Source: Desulfobacterales bacterium
GTDB lineage: Bacteria > Desulfobacterota > Desulfobacteria > Desulfobacterales > UBA5852
Length of the DNA stretch: 64,000 bases
Assembly (NCBI GenBank): GCA_963674755.2
Contig: CAXXVS010000003.1
Span: 1,504,001 to 1,568,000 of the forward strand
Direction of reading: 5' to 3'
How positions within the stretch are numbered: position 1 is the stretch's first letter; each line of letters begins with the position of its first letter. The notes under the pieces are model-generated. The model searched no databases, was not told the origin of the DNA, and saw only the letters and a list, made by a program, of their open reading frames with translations. Positions 18,481 through 28,395 of the stretch are shown here, in pieces. The position numbers were made by a program, and so were the translations under genes.

Positions 18481-19380
18481 GTGGCGATAATCGGTGCGGC
18501 TTTCCTGATGGTCGTTGGCCTGGTTTGCGGCGGGGTGGGGGTATACCGCTGGCTGCAATACCAGAGCGATCGGCGGCCGGCCAACGCACCGGAACGGACG
18601 GCGGCCCGGATCGATGTGGACGCGGCGCCTACGGTGGTGTGCATCGGCGACAGCCTCACCCACGGCCGGACCAGCAGCGACTATGTGGCCCTGCTGCAGA
18701 AGCGCTTCCGCCCCAAGGGCTACCGCTTTGTCAATGCCGGCTTGAATGGCGAGCTGGCCTACAACGTTCTGCAGCGGCTGGATGCCGTGATTGCCTGCCG
18801 GCCGTCTTGGATTACCCTCATGATCGGGACCAACGATGCCTATGCCGCCCTCAGCACGTCCAATGCCCATGAAACCATGGAGCAGATGGGGTTGCCGGAG
18901 CGGCCCACCCGGGATACCTTCCGGCGCTATTTGACGGAGATCTGCCTGCAGCTGCGCACGGCCACGGCCGCCCCCCTGGCGCTGCTCTCCCTGCCGCCGC
19001 TCGGGGAGGATCCGGCCCACCGGGCCTTCGAGCTGACTGCGGCTTACAGCTGCATCATTCAGTCCGTGGCCCACGAGACCGGCAATGCCTATCTGCCTGT
19101 CCATGAACGGATGTGCGCCTACCTCGATCGCCATGCCGGAAGTGTGCGGCGCTCGTTCGCGGCGTACCGGGACGGGATGGGGTTGGCGGTCAAGATACGG
19201 CGTTTTCTGCTGCACCAGTCGTTCGATGCCATATCCCAACGCAACGGATTCACCCTCTTGACGGATTTCTTCCACCTGAACGCCATTGGTGCGACCATTG
19301 TGGCCGATGCGGTGGCGGAATTCATTACCTCCGGAGGAGCCCATGATTCGATCGGCGCGTCGCGACGCCCCTGCCTATGA
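18481..19380 (+). CDS. SGNH/GDSL hydrolase with N-terminal membrane anchor
   Basis: CIGDSLTHG, NAGLNG, IGTND, DFFHLN; start codon uncertain. Confidence 0.85.
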   Translation: MAIIGAAFLMVVGLVCGGVGVYRWLQYQSDRRPANAPERTAARIDVDAAPTVVCIGDSLTHGRTSSDYVALLQKRFRPKGYRFVNAGLNGELAYNVLQRLDAVIACRPSWITLMIGTNDAYAALSTSNAHETMEQMGLPERPTRDTFRRYLTEICLQLRTATAAPLALLSLPPLGEDPAHRAFELTAAYSCIIQSVAHETGNAYLPVHERMCAYLDRHAGSVRRSFAAYRDGMGLAVKIRRFLLHQSFDAISQRNGFTLLTDFFHLNAIGATIVADAVAEFITSGGAHDSIGASRRPCL

Positions 19381-19708
19381 AACCCGCGACGGTTACCTGA
19401 TCCGGGAGTTGATGCATCCCGACGTGCACGGCAACCGTCGCCAGAGCCTGGCCGAGGCCACCCTCCGTTCGGGTCAGACGACCCTTACCCATCGCCACGC
19501 CCGCACAGAAGAGCTTTACTATGTTTTACAGGGCGAGGGCCTGATGACGGTGGATCAAGAGAAAAAGGCGGTTGGCCGGGGGGATGCCGTCCTCATCCCT
19601 CCGGGCAGTTGGCATTGCATCACGAACAGCGGTGACAGCGACCTGGTGTTTCTGTGCTGCTGTGCTCCGGCTTATCGTCACGAGGATACGCAATTGCAGC
19701 GGCCTTGA
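19343..19708 (+). CDS. Cupin domain protein
   Basis: HRH..TEELYY...G.G and IPPGSWHCI; GGAGG RBS. Confidence 0.88.
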   Translation: MIRSARRDAPAYETRDGYLIRELMHPDVHGNRRQSLAEATLRSGQTTLTHRHARTEELYYVLQGEGLMTVDQEKKAVGRGDAVLIPPGSWHCITNSGDSDLVFLCCCAPAYRHEDTQLQRP

Positions 19709-19770
19709 CGGGATGACGTGCCAAGGCGTTCCATACTGCAAACGCTTGATGGGAGACCGTCGAGGAATCG

Positions 19771-20424
19771 ATGATGAATCGTTATCGTTTCAGACAACTG
19801 TGGGCCACCCTTTTGTTGCTGCTGCTTTTCTTCCCCTTCATCAGATATTTCGAATTGACGGGACTGGAGATTGCGCTGAATGCCATCATCACCTTGATTC
19901 TGATCGCCAGCATCCATGCCGTCAGCGATAATCGCCGACACTTGTTGCTGGCCCTGGCCATGATCGCACCGGCGATTGTTTTGAGTTGGACGGATCAATT
20001 CTTCCCGTCGCAGATCTATCAACTGGTCGCTCCCATTTTCCTGGCGATGGCCTTCGGTTTCGTGGCCGTTCACATTCTGCGGTTTGCCTTGCAAACCGGA
20101 CGCGTCGATGCCGCCAAGGTGGATGCCGCCATATGCGTCTACCTGCTCATCGGCGTGATCTGGCAGTATTTTTTTATTCTCGTCAACAGCGTCATTCCGG
20201 GGTCCTTCGCGAACCCCCGGCTTGCTTATGGCGATTTTCTCTATTTCAGTTTTGTCACCCTCACGACCCTGGGCTATGGGGACATCACCCCGCTCAACGG
20301 ACCGGCCCAGGCCCTGGCCTATACGGAAGCCATCCTGGGGCAACTCTACCTCACGATCCTGGTGGCGCGGCTGGTGGGGCTCTACATCGCCTATACCAAT
20401 TTTGAGGGCCGGCAGGACGATTGA
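19771..20424 (+). CDS. Potassium-channel family (ion channel) membrane protein
   Basis: YFSFVTLTTLGYGDITP pore signature; multiple TM helices. Confidence 0.88.
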   Translation: MMNRYRFRQLWATLLLLLLFFPFIRYFELTGLEIALNAIITLILIASIHAVSDNRRHLLLALAMIAPAIVLSWTDQFFPSQIYQLVAPIFLAMAFGFVAVHILRFALQTGRVDAAKVDAAICVYLLIGVIWQYFFILVNSVIPGSFANPRLAYGDFLYFSFVTLTTLGYGDITPLNGPAQALAYTEAILGQLYLTILVARLVGLYIAYTNFEGRQDD

Positions 20425-20574
20425 AGCCGAACGGGATCCCGGGTGCTGCCCCATAGATTTGAAAATGCCTCTGAAAAAGAGTATGAACACCGATTGTAAA
20501 AGCCCGTACGGCATCGGACCGCCATACGGGCCGCCCATCTGTGAAGAACTCTGTGAGCATGAAAGGAACCGCGA

Positions 20575-21234
20575 ATGCTGAAGTTGGGAGAAAAGGGTAC
20601 TATTCTGCAGCGTGACAAGGAAACCTATGCCATTGCACCGCATATTCCCTGCGGTGTCATAACGCCGGCGCAGTTGCGCATCATTGCCGACGTGGCTGAA
20701 AAATACCATTGCCAGGCCTTGAAATTGACCAGCGCGGCCCGCATCGCCTTGGTGGGGCTTCGCGAGGAGGACGTGGACGCCGTGTGGGCCGAACTGGGGA
20801 TGTCGCCCGGTCACGCGGTGGGGCTTTGCGTGCGCAGTATCAAGGCCTGCCCCGGGATCCAGTTCTGCCGGCTGGCCCTGCAGGACAGCCTGGCCATGGG
20901 GATGAAGCTGGACGAAAAGTTCCACGGCTATCAACTGCCGGGCAAACTGAAAATGGGGGTCAGCGGGTGCACGAATACGTGTGCTGAAAACTGCATCAAA
21001 GACATATCCCTGCTGGGCAAGAAGAAGGGCTGGACGGTCATGGCCGGCGGCAACGGTGCCCGCAAACCCCGGCTGGCCGAAGTGGTGGCCGAGGATCTGG
21101 ATGATCAACAGGCCTTGAAGGTCATCGAAAAAATGGTGGACTACTACGCCCAAAACGGCCAGAAGAACGAACGCCTGGGGGCCATGATCGACCGCATCGG
21201 ACTGGAAACCCTGTGCACGGCCGTGGCGTGCTGA
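20575..21234 (+). CDS. Stand-alone nitrite/sulfite reductase siroheme-[4Fe-4S] domain protein
   Basis: LQRDKETYAIAP, KACPG..FC, KMGVSGCTNTC, ERLG. Confidence 0.85.
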   Translation: MLKLGEKGTILQRDKETYAIAPHIPCGVITPAQLRIIADVAEKYHCQALKLTSAARIALVGLREEDVDAVWAELGMSPGHAVGLCVRSIKACPGIQFCRLALQDSLAMGMKLDEKFHGYQLPGKLKMGVSGCTNTCAENCIKDISLLGKKKGWTVMAGGNGARKPRLAEVVAEDLDDQQALKVIEKMVDYYAQNGQKNERLGAMIDRIGLETLCTAVAC

Positions 21235-21296
21235 TATCTGCGGGCCAATTCGTACGCCGGGTTGTGATCGTGCCGGCCGGCTAAAGGAAGATCGCC

Positions 21297-21974
21297 ATGA
21301 GGCTTCTCCTGATCGAAGATGATGTCAAGATCGCCTCTTTCGTCATCAAGGGATTGAAGGCGGAGGGCTTTGCCGTAGACCACGCCTCGGAAGGTGAAAG
21401 CGGTCTGCACCTGGCGCTGACCGAGCCCTACGACCTGGCGATCGTCGACATCATGCTGCCCCAGATGGACGGCTTCGAGATTATCGCGGCGATCCGCCGG
21501 GATAAGATCCACCTGCCGGTGATCATCCTGAGTGCCCGGGGCGCCACGGAGGACAAGGTGAAGGGGCTGCAACTGGGCAGCGATGATTATCTGACCAAGC
21601 CCTTTGCCTTCTCCGAGCTGCTGGCCCGCATCCAGGCCCTCCTGCGCAGGAGCAGCGGCGCTGCCGAGCCCACCAAGCTGGAGCTGGGCGATCTGTCCAT
21701 GAATCTGATCACCCGCGAAGTGGTGCGTCGGGGCCGCAAGATAGACCTCCAGCCCCTTGAATTTTCCCTGCTGGAATACCTGTTGCGCAATGCCGGCAAG
21801 GTGGTGTCCAAGACCATGATCATGGAGCATGTCTGGGATTACCACTTCGACCCCCAGACCAATGTGGTGGAATCCCGGATTTACCATTTGCGGGAAAAAA
21901 TCGACAAAGGATTCGAGACTAAACTGATCCATACCGTGCGCGGGGTCGGCTATGTTCTTAAAACGATTGACTAG
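21297..21974 (+). CDS. OmpR-family response regulator (CusR-like)
   Basis: IEDD, DIMLP, DDYLTKPF; winged helix IHTVRGVGY. Confidence 0.94.
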   Translation: MRLLLIEDDVKIASFVIKGLKAEGFAVDHASEGESGLHLALTEPYDLAIVDIMLPQMDGFEIIAAIRRDKIHLPVIILSARGATEDKVKGLQLGSDDYLTKPFAFSELLARIQALLRRSSGAAEPTKLELGDLSMNLITREVVRRGRKIDLQPLEFSLLEYLLRNAGKVVSKTMIMEHVWDYHFDPQTNVVESRIYHLREKIDKGFETKLIHTVRGVGYVLKTID

Positions 21975-23385
21975 GCTGCGGCGTTCCCTGGCCTTTCGGC
22001 TGACCCTCTGGTATGCGGCGATCTTTTCCATCTCGGCCTTTCTGGCCTTCGTCTTTTTCTATTTTCAGATGATCGAGGTGCTGCGCAGCCAGGTGGATGA
22101 TGATCTGACCCGCCAAATGCGGGCCCTGGCCGGAATCATGCAGGTTGACGGGCTGACCGGGGTGCGCCAGGTGGCCTTGCAGGAAGCCCAGGCCGGCGGT
22201 GAAAAGGCGCGTTTCATCCGGCTGCTGTCCCGGTTCGGGACGGAGTTTTCGGTATCCGATCAGGCCCGCGGACGGGAAATCGGAGTAAACAGCGAAGCCA
22301 TTCGCCGGCTGCTGATGAACGGGCGCCCCGTGTTCGAAACCGTCGGTCTGCCCGGCGGCGGCGGCCTGCGCATCATCTACGGCTTTATCGGCCCCGGCAT
22401 CATCCTGCAGCTGGGCCAGCCCCTGGCCCTTCAAACCCGGCTGGTCCAGGCGTTCCAACGCCGTTTTACAACGACGATGCTGGTGGTGATGGGGCTGGCC
22501 GCCGTGATCGGCTGGTTTCTGGCCCGCCGCGCTCTTTCCGGGGTGGCGGGCATTGCCCATACCGCCCGGCGGATCACAAGCGGCGATCTGGCCGTCCGGG
22601 CGCCTGTCAGCCGCCGGGGTGACGAAATCGATCAACTGGCGGGCAACATCAACCAGATGCTGGATCGGATCCTGGATCTGATTACCGGCATCCGGGAGAT
22701 GAGCGACAATATCGCCCACGATTTGAAAAGCCCCATCACGCGGATCCGCGGCCTGGCGGAAGTCACCTTGACCACGGCGGCCCATCAGGACGACTATGAG
22801 GCCATGGCGGCCAGCACCATCGAAGAGTGCGACCGTCTGCTGGACATGATCAACACCATGCTGGTCATATCGCGAACCGAGGCGGGGGTTCTGGAGCTGG
22901 ACTGGCAGCCGGTGGACATGGCCGGCCTTGTGCGCGACGCGGGCCGCCTTTTCGAAACCACCGCCCGGGACAACGGTCTGCAGCTGGCCATTACGGCCGA
23001 GGGGGCCTTTACCATCAACGGGGATGCCCGCATGCTGCAGCGCATGATCGCCAACCTGCTGGACAATGCCATTCGGTATACCCGGTCCGGCGGGCATGTT
23101 GCGGTGGCCGTGCAGGGCCATCCCTCCAGGGAGGTGGAAGTGACCTTCCAGGACGACGGTATCGGCATCCGGCCGGATGATGTTCCGCGCATTTTTGAGC
23201 GCTTTTACCGCTGCGATCCGAGCCGTTCCCAGTCCGGCACCGGCCTGGGGCTCAGCCTGGCCCAGGCCGTGGCCCAGGCCCACGGCGGGAAGATTGCGGT
23301 TCGTAGCGCACCGAACGAGGGCAGTATCTTCAGGGTCGTCCTGCCGCGTAACGAAAATAAATTGGGGTCAGGTCGGCCCACTTGA
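21952..23385 (+). CDS. Sensor histidine kinase (HAMP-HisKA-HATPase)
   Basis: Two TM helices, HAMP domain, AHDLKSP, NLLDNA, DDGIG, GLGLS. Confidence 0.94.
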   Translation: MFLKRLTRLRRSLAFRLTLWYAAIFSISAFLAFVFFYFQMIEVLRSQVDDDLTRQMRALAGIMQVDGLTGVRQVALQEAQAGGEKARFIRLLSRFGTEFSVSDQARGREIGVNSEAIRRLLMNGRPVFETVGLPGGGGLRIIYGFIGPGIILQLGQPLALQTRLVQAFQRRFTTTMLVVMGLAAVIGWFLARRALSGVAGIAHTARRITSGDLAVRAPVSRRGDEIDQLAGNINQMLDRILDLITGIREMSDNIAHDLKSPITRIRGLAEVTLTTAAHQDDYEAMAASTIEECDRLLDMINTMLVISRTEAGVLELDWQPVDMAGLVRDAGRLFETTARDNGLQLAITAEGAFTINGDARMLQRMIANLLDNAIRYTRSGGHVAVAVQGHPSREVEVTFQDDGIGIRPDDVPRIFERFYRCDPSRSQSGTGLGLSLAQAVAQAHGGKIAVRSAPNEGSIFRVVLPRNENKLGSGRPT

Positions 23386-23418
23386 CTCCATACGGCATCA
23401 AAAGGGGGAAAGACCATT

Positions 23419-23844
23419 ATGACGCACACCTTGCAGGAAGGGTTGGAATTCGAATTCGGCTATACCGTTCCGCAGGACAAGACCGTCCCGCATCTTTTTC
23501 CGGAATTTCCCGAAGGCCGGGCGATGCCCGAGGTGTTCGCCACCGGTTATATGGTGGGGTTGTTCGAGTTTGCCTGCATTAAGGCCATCAATGCCCACAT
23601 CGACTGGCCCCGCCAGCAGACCGTAGGCATCCATATCAATGTCAGCCACACGGCGGCTACGCCGCCCGGATTCACGGTGACGGTGAAAGGCCGTCTGGAT
23701 AAAATCGACGGGCGCAAACTTTCCTTCACCCTGGAAGCCCATGACGGCGTGGATACCATCTCAAAGGGCAACCACGAGCGCTTCCTGATCGATGCCGACA
23801 AGTTCAACACCGCCGTGGCTGAAAAAACGGCCGCCGGCGGCTGA
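23419..23844 (+). CDS. Hotdog-fold thioesterase (FlK-like)
   Basis: VFATGYMVGLFE, TVG..INVSH.AATPPG, G.HER. Confidence 0.85.
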   Translation: MTHTLQEGLEFEFGYTVPQDKTVPHLFPEFPEGRAMPEVFATGYMVGLFEFACIKAINAHIDWPRQQTVGIHINVSHTAATPPGFTVTVKGRLDKIDGRKLSFTLEAHDGVDTISKGNHERFLIDADKFNTAVAEKTAAGG

Positions 23845-23846
23845 TC

Positions 23847-24998
23847 TCAGGAGGGGGAGGCCCCCGGCGCCGTATCGCGCCCGGGGAAAAAACGCCGGTA
23901 GAGTCCGTGGCCCGCCACGCCGATGCCGCCCCCCAGCGTATTGAGGATCAGATCGAGCATCTGCGAACTGCGGGACGGGATCCAGGCCTGAGCCAGTTCG
24001 ATGGTGAGGCTGATGGTCCCACAGGCCAGCATGACGAAAAGCAGCCGTTTGCGAAACGGCTGCTGCCAGTGCCCCAGCAGGGCGCTCAGCAAAAATCCCA
24101 TGGGGATAAAGCCGGTGATATTAATCACCATGTCCTGGAAAAGCGACAGATTGAATTCTTCGCCGGACAACGGCGCGGCCAGGAATTCCTTGGTAAGAAT
24201 GGCCATCCGGTGCGGCAGGTGCAGGTCGTTGCCGCCCGGGGCATGGTCGACCACCCTTGCCCCCCGGCCTTCGTCGAACAGATAGAGCCCGAGAGGAGTT
24301 TCCGTCCGGGCGAAGGCAAACGTCCGCTCGGCGGTCCATTGCCGGTAATGGGTTTTGATGGCTTGCCCGGTCAGTTGGCGATCGAAATAGGCCAGGCCGT
24401 AGATTTCCCCGGCCCAGGGGTGCCGCCCGTAGATGGAGTTCCCCAAAACGAGCCGTGTCGATCCATTTCCACGCGGAATGTGCAGGTGCAAATCGCTTCT
24501 GCGGCGGACCGGCTCCCCGTCCAGGAAGACTGCCGTACCGCCCGGACCGGAGGTGATCGTCAGAAAACGTTCCCCCGGGGGGGGGGAGGCGTTGACCGCG
24601 ATCCGGGCCCGCCGGCGTTTGGCATCGTAGTCGTCCCCGTGCATGACAACCAGCCAGGATTTCCACTGCCCGATCACCAGCTGGGTGTCATCGTCGTCGC
24701 CATGCAGCAGGAGAAGAAAGCGGAAATGGCCGTCGCCGGTCGCGCCGGGTTTCAAGGCGATTTCAATGGAGAGCGGTGCCTGATCCGGGGCCGTTTCAGC
24801 GGCGGGGACGGCCGCCTTCCCATAGGCGATCCCGTAGTTGCCGAAACGGAGGCCGGGGCGGGCATCGAGCCAGGCGACCTCGTTGGTGATGGCCGCCCCC
24901 TTGAAGCGCAGACCGGCATAGAGGATCAGCACCAGCATGGCGGCGGTTGATACCAGCAGCAGCCAGGGAAGGGGTTTATTTCGCGGGGTGATTCTCAC
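23847..24998 (-). CDS. VanZ-family membrane protein with a LamG/concanavalin-like extracytoplasmic domain
   Basis: C-terminal NITGFIPMG, IELAQAWIPSR, DLILNTLG; central beta-rich LGN...W.GEI domain; start uncertain. Confidence 0.75.
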   Translation of the reverse strand: MRITPRNKPLPWLLLVSTAAMLVLILYAGLRFKGAAITNEVAWLDARPGLRFGNYGIAYGKAAVPAAETAPDQAPLSIEIALKPGATGDGHFRFLLLLHGDDDDTQLVIGQWKSWLVVMHGDDYDAKRRRARIAVNASPPPGERFLTITSGPGGTAVFLDGEPVRRRSDLHLHIPRGNGSTRLVLGNSIYGRHPWAGEIYGLAYFDRQLTGQAIKTHYRQWTAERTFAFARTETPLGLYLFDEGRGARVVDHAPGGNDLHLPHRMAILTKEFLAAPLSGEEFNLSLFQDMVINITGFIPMGFLLSALLGHWQQPFRKRLLFVMLACGTISLTIELAQAWIPSRSSQMLDLILNTLGGGIGVAGHGLYRRFFPGRDTAPGASPS

Positions 24999-25247
24999 GG
25001 CGATGGGCGATCGTTTGGGCTGTTTGGCATGCGAAACGGCATGGGTCGTATTAGGGCGACTATAGTATTCCCGGCTGCCGGGGTAAAGCGCTAATTGAAT
25101 CCCCGCTGGGCGGTGGCTCCGGACGGGCCTTGCCGACCGACCCGGTCCGGGATGGTCCGGCACAAACATAACATTTTGATCATCTTCAGACCATCTTCCC
25201 GTGAACTTGGTGTCGTATCGTGTCCGTCAAGCATTAGCATTACTACC

Positions 25248-25484
25248 GTGCCCGTTCATAGATGACATCTTTTGGCCCCCGGCCCGCCGTCGGTGGATCA
25301 ATCCATCTTTGGCGGACAAGTCGGCGTTTTCGCCTCCTGTCGGTCCTCGGTGTCACCATGCTACGCCCGTGGGCGCCAGTCGGCTGCGCTTTGTTGAACA
25401 CCGATATGTTTAAAGACCAGACGTTGAAATCCCGCGCTGTGCGGCGGGACCAGGAGCCAACATCTACCATCTCTGGATGGGCAC
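25248..25484 (+). repeat. MITE-like repeat family 1, copy 1 (with nested insertions)
   Basis: Ends GTGCCCGTTCATAGATG / CATCTCTGGATGGGCAC; internal CGGCGTT, GCTACGCC and GGAGCCAA.ATCTACCA blocks shared with the other copies. Confidence 0.7.
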
Positions 25485-25533
25485 TATCTAACCTGCTTTT
25501 TATCGACATCCGAGGACACAAGGAGGACTTGCC

Positions 25534-27003
25534 ATGAACAACCGATTAGGACGTTGGATGATGACGGCCGCTATTGCCATGGGACTGTTAGTGGCCGGCA
25601 CCCTGCCGCTGCCGTCCGTACAAGCCGCCGGCCAGGGTTCGCTATCAAATGTCCTGGCACCGGCCGGCAATGCGGTCATGGTGCCGGTGAACTTTACCAA
25701 TCTGGCGGAGCACGCCAAACCCGGTGTCGTAAATATCCGCACCGTCAAGACGGTCAACGGCGGCGGGCCGGTATTCCGTCACTTTTTCGGGCGCACCCCC
25801 CGGGGACAGGAAGATCCCTTCCGTGATTTTTTCGGCATGGGACCCCAGCGGGAATTTAAGCAGCGCAGCCTGGGGTCGGGCTTCCTGATCGATAAGGACG
25901 GGTATATCGTCACCAACAACCATGTCGTGGAGGATGCCGATCAGATCAAAGTGCGTCTTTTCGATGAAAGCGAATTCGATGCCACCGTGATCGGACGCGA
26001 CCCCAAGACCGACATCGCGTTGATCAAAATCGACGCCGGTTCCACCAAACTGCAGCCCCTGAAACTGGGGGATTCCGACAATCTCAAGGTGGGCAGCTGG
26101 GTAGTGGCCATCGGCAGTCCCTTCGGTCTGGAACAGACGGTCACGGCGGGCATCGTCAGCGCCAAGGGCCGCATTATCGGCTCCGGCCCCTACGACGATT
26201 TCATCCAGACGGACGCTTCCATCAACCCCGGCAACAGCGGCGGTCCCCTGTTGAATCTCAATGGTGAAGTGGTGGGCATCAACACGGCCATCGTGGCCAG
26301 CGGTCAGGGTATCGGCTTCGCAATTCCCGTCAACATGGCCGACGGCATCATCAAGCAACTCAAGGACACCGGCGAAGTCTCCCGCGGCTGGCTGGGCGTG
26401 GGCATTCAGAATCTGACCCCCGAACTGGCGGAATACTACGGTATCAAAGCCCGCGAAGGCGTTCTGGTGACCCAGACCTATAAGGACGATCCGGCCGATA
26501 AAGCCGGCATCAAGGAGGGCGATATCATCATTGCCGTCGACGGCAAGCCCATCGCCACCAGCCACGAATTATCCCGTACCGTAGCGGAGGCCGGCGTGGG
26601 CAACAAGATGACCATCACCCTGTTGCGGGACGGCCGCGAAAAGGAGGTCCGCGTCAAACTGGCCAAGCGGCCTGACACCGAACCCACCATGGCCCGCTCA
26701 GAAGAAACCCGCTCGGATGATCTCGGCTTGCAGGTGCGCGCGATCAACCCGGAAATCGCCGATCGTCTGGGGCTGGACGAAAACACCCGGGGGGTCATCG
26801 TAACCGCGGTGGACCCGGGCAGCAAAGCCGCCGAGACGGATATCCGCCAGGGCGACCTGATCGTCGAGATCAATCGCAAGCCCATCGAGTCGATGGACGA
26901 CTACCGCAGCCAGATAGAACGCATTGAAAAGGGCGATACCGTCCAGATGCTGCTGCGGCGCGGCGGCAACGGCGGATTGCTGGCCGTAAAGTTCACCCGG
27001 TAA
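25534..27003 (+). CDS. degQ: DegQ/HtrA serine protease with two PDZ domains
   Basis: GSGF, TNNHVV, DIALIK, QTDASINPGNSGGPL; two PDZ domains. Confidence 0.93.
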   Translation: MNNRLGRWMMTAAIAMGLLVAGTLPLPSVQAAGQGSLSNVLAPAGNAVMVPVNFTNLAEHAKPGVVNIRTVKTVNGGGPVFRHFFGRTPRGQEDPFRDFFGMGPQREFKQRSLGSGFLIDKDGYIVTNNHVVEDADQIKVRLFDESEFDATVIGRDPKTDIALIKIDAGSTKLQPLKLGDSDNLKVGSWVVAIGSPFGLEQTVTAGIVSAKGRIIGSGPYDDFIQTDASINPGNSGGPLLNLNGEVVGINTAIVASGQGIGFAIPVNMADGIIKQLKDTGEVSRGWLGVGIQNLTPELAEYYGIKAREGVLVTQTYKDDPADKAGIKEGDIIIAVDGKPIATSHELSRTVAEAGVGNKMTITLLRDGREKEVRVKLAKRPDTEPTMARSEETRSDDLGLQVRAINPEIADRLGLDENTRGVIVTAVDPGSKAAETDIRQGDLIVEINRKPIESMDDYRSQIERIEKGDTVQMLLRRGGNGGLLAVKFTR

Positions 27004-27043
27004 TCGGCCGATCCGCTAAAACGGCGGCTTTGCCAGGCATCAC

Positions 27044-27090
27044 AACACCCGGAGTGGGGATCTCAAAGGTTCCACTCCGGGTGTTTTTAT
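27044..27090 (+). terminator. Intrinsic terminator between convergent degQ and sppA
   Basis: AACACCCGGAGTGG...CCACTCCGGGTGTT followed by TTTAT. Confidence 0.8.
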
Positions 27091-27158
27091 AGAAAACGGG
27101 GGTCGCAACATTTGACAATCTATCTTGTCAAATGTTGCGACCCCTCCATTACCCTTGG

Positions 27159-28148
27159 TTACATGCCGGTCGCCGGGGGCCAGATGTAGAAAAACCCGCT
27201 GCCCAACTCGTCCATCGACCCTACCAGATCGATATGGATCAGATCCGGCTGGCCGATCGCGCTTTTGGTGCCGACCTCATTGTAGACCGTGTCGTCCGGG
27301 AATTCCGCCCGGCGGTAGGTGACGATTTTGGCATCCGCCGGTAGGCCGGCCAGGGTTTTGGCGGATTGGATGGCATCCTCGACATAGCCGATCTGGTCCA
27401 CCAGGCCCACTTGGCGGGCCTCTTCCGCCAGGAAAATGCGCGCCGAGCGGACCTGAACCAGGGCCTCGGGGGAAATTTTCCGATGCTGGGTCACCAGATC
27501 GACGAAGCGCTTCCCCAGCTGGTCGGTCAGGTCTTGCAGCAGGCGGGTTTCCTCCGGTGTGCTGGCCCGGAAGGGGGAGCCCATATCCTTTTTGTCGCCG
27601 CTTTTGCTGACATTCACCCCCACCCCGATTTTTTCCATCAATCCCTCCACCTTGGGCTGCAGGAAAATGACACCCACCGAACCGGTGATGGTGGTGGGGT
27701 GGGCCACGATACGGTCGGCCGGCAGGGCGATATAGTAGCCGCCGGAGGCGGCCACGCCCATCAGGACGGCCACCAGCTTGTTGCCGGATTTTTCTTTATA
27801 GGCCGTCAGTTCGTGATAGAGGATGTCGCTGGCCGTGACGGTTCCGCCGGGTGAGTTGATTTTTAGGACGACCGCGCCGATCTCGTCATCCTTGGCGGCC
27901 AGCCTGAGTTGGGCCACGATATCGGGCACCATGCCGGGGCGGTCCCGTAAAAGACCCCTGGAAGGGCCCTCCTCGATGGTTCCATTGGCCTGGATAACCA
28001 GTACCTTGGGCGTCTGGGTCCCGCTCAGGGTATATTCCTTGTAAGGATCGGTGCTGTCGGTAAAGAGGTTGACTTTGGGGGCGGCGCAGCCTTGGGCGAT
28101 CACGAGCCCGGCGGCCAAGAGCAGCCATAGGGATTTCTTCATGGACAT
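27159..28148 (-). CDS. sppA: Signal peptide peptidase SppA (S49), putative lipoprotein
   Basis: INSPGG, AASGGYY, TGSVGV, KSG.KKD; lipobox-like IAQGC. Confidence 0.92.
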   Translation of the reverse strand: MSMKKSLWLLLAAGLVIAQGCAAPKVNLFTDSTDPYKEYTLSGTQTPKVLVIQANGTIEEGPSRGLLRDRPGMVPDIVAQLRLAAKDDEIGAVVLKINSPGGTVTASDILYHELTAYKEKSGNKLVAVLMGVAASGGYYIALPADRIVAHPTTITGSVGVIFLQPKVEGLMEKIGVGVNVSKSGDKKDMGSPFRASTPEETRLLQDLTDQLGKRFVDLVTQHRKISPEALVQVRSARIFLAEEARQVGLVDQIGYVEDAIQSAKTLAGLPADAKIVTYRRAEFPDDTVYNEVGTKSAIGQPDLIHIDLVGSMDELGSGFFYIWPPATGM

Positions 28149-28232
28149 ATCCTCCTGTGTGTGTGGATGGGGTAGCGGCGCTCAGCGCGTTGAAGGGCAG
28201 GGGCCGGTTTCATCGGCCTGCAAAATACTAAA

Positions 28233-28378
28233 TAGTGCCCATCCATAAATGGCATCTTTCGGCCCCGGTCGGCGTTCTCAGTCATTGGAAATCCTCGCCG
28301 TAGCCCAGTTAGGCCTGTGGTTTCCAATTCCCTGCGGCCTTGGCCGGAGCCAAAATCTACCACTTCTGGATAAACATT
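28233..28378 (+). repeat. MITE-like repeat family 1, copy 2
   Basis: TAGTGCCCATCCATAAATGG ... CCACTTCTGGATAAACATT; closely similar to 33957-34149. Confidence 0.8.
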
Positions 28379-28395
28379 TAATAAGGAGCGTCCTA

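Noticed and set aside
21180..21260. Sec read-through at other TGA-ending redox genes (for example 21234, 7641, 10690)
   Set aside because: The proteins appear complete at the TGA and I saw no SECIS-like hairpin at the right distance.
28249..28395. N-terminal extension of the SidJ-related ORF
   Set aside because: Lies inside the MITE-like repeat; a good RBS supports TTG at 28396.
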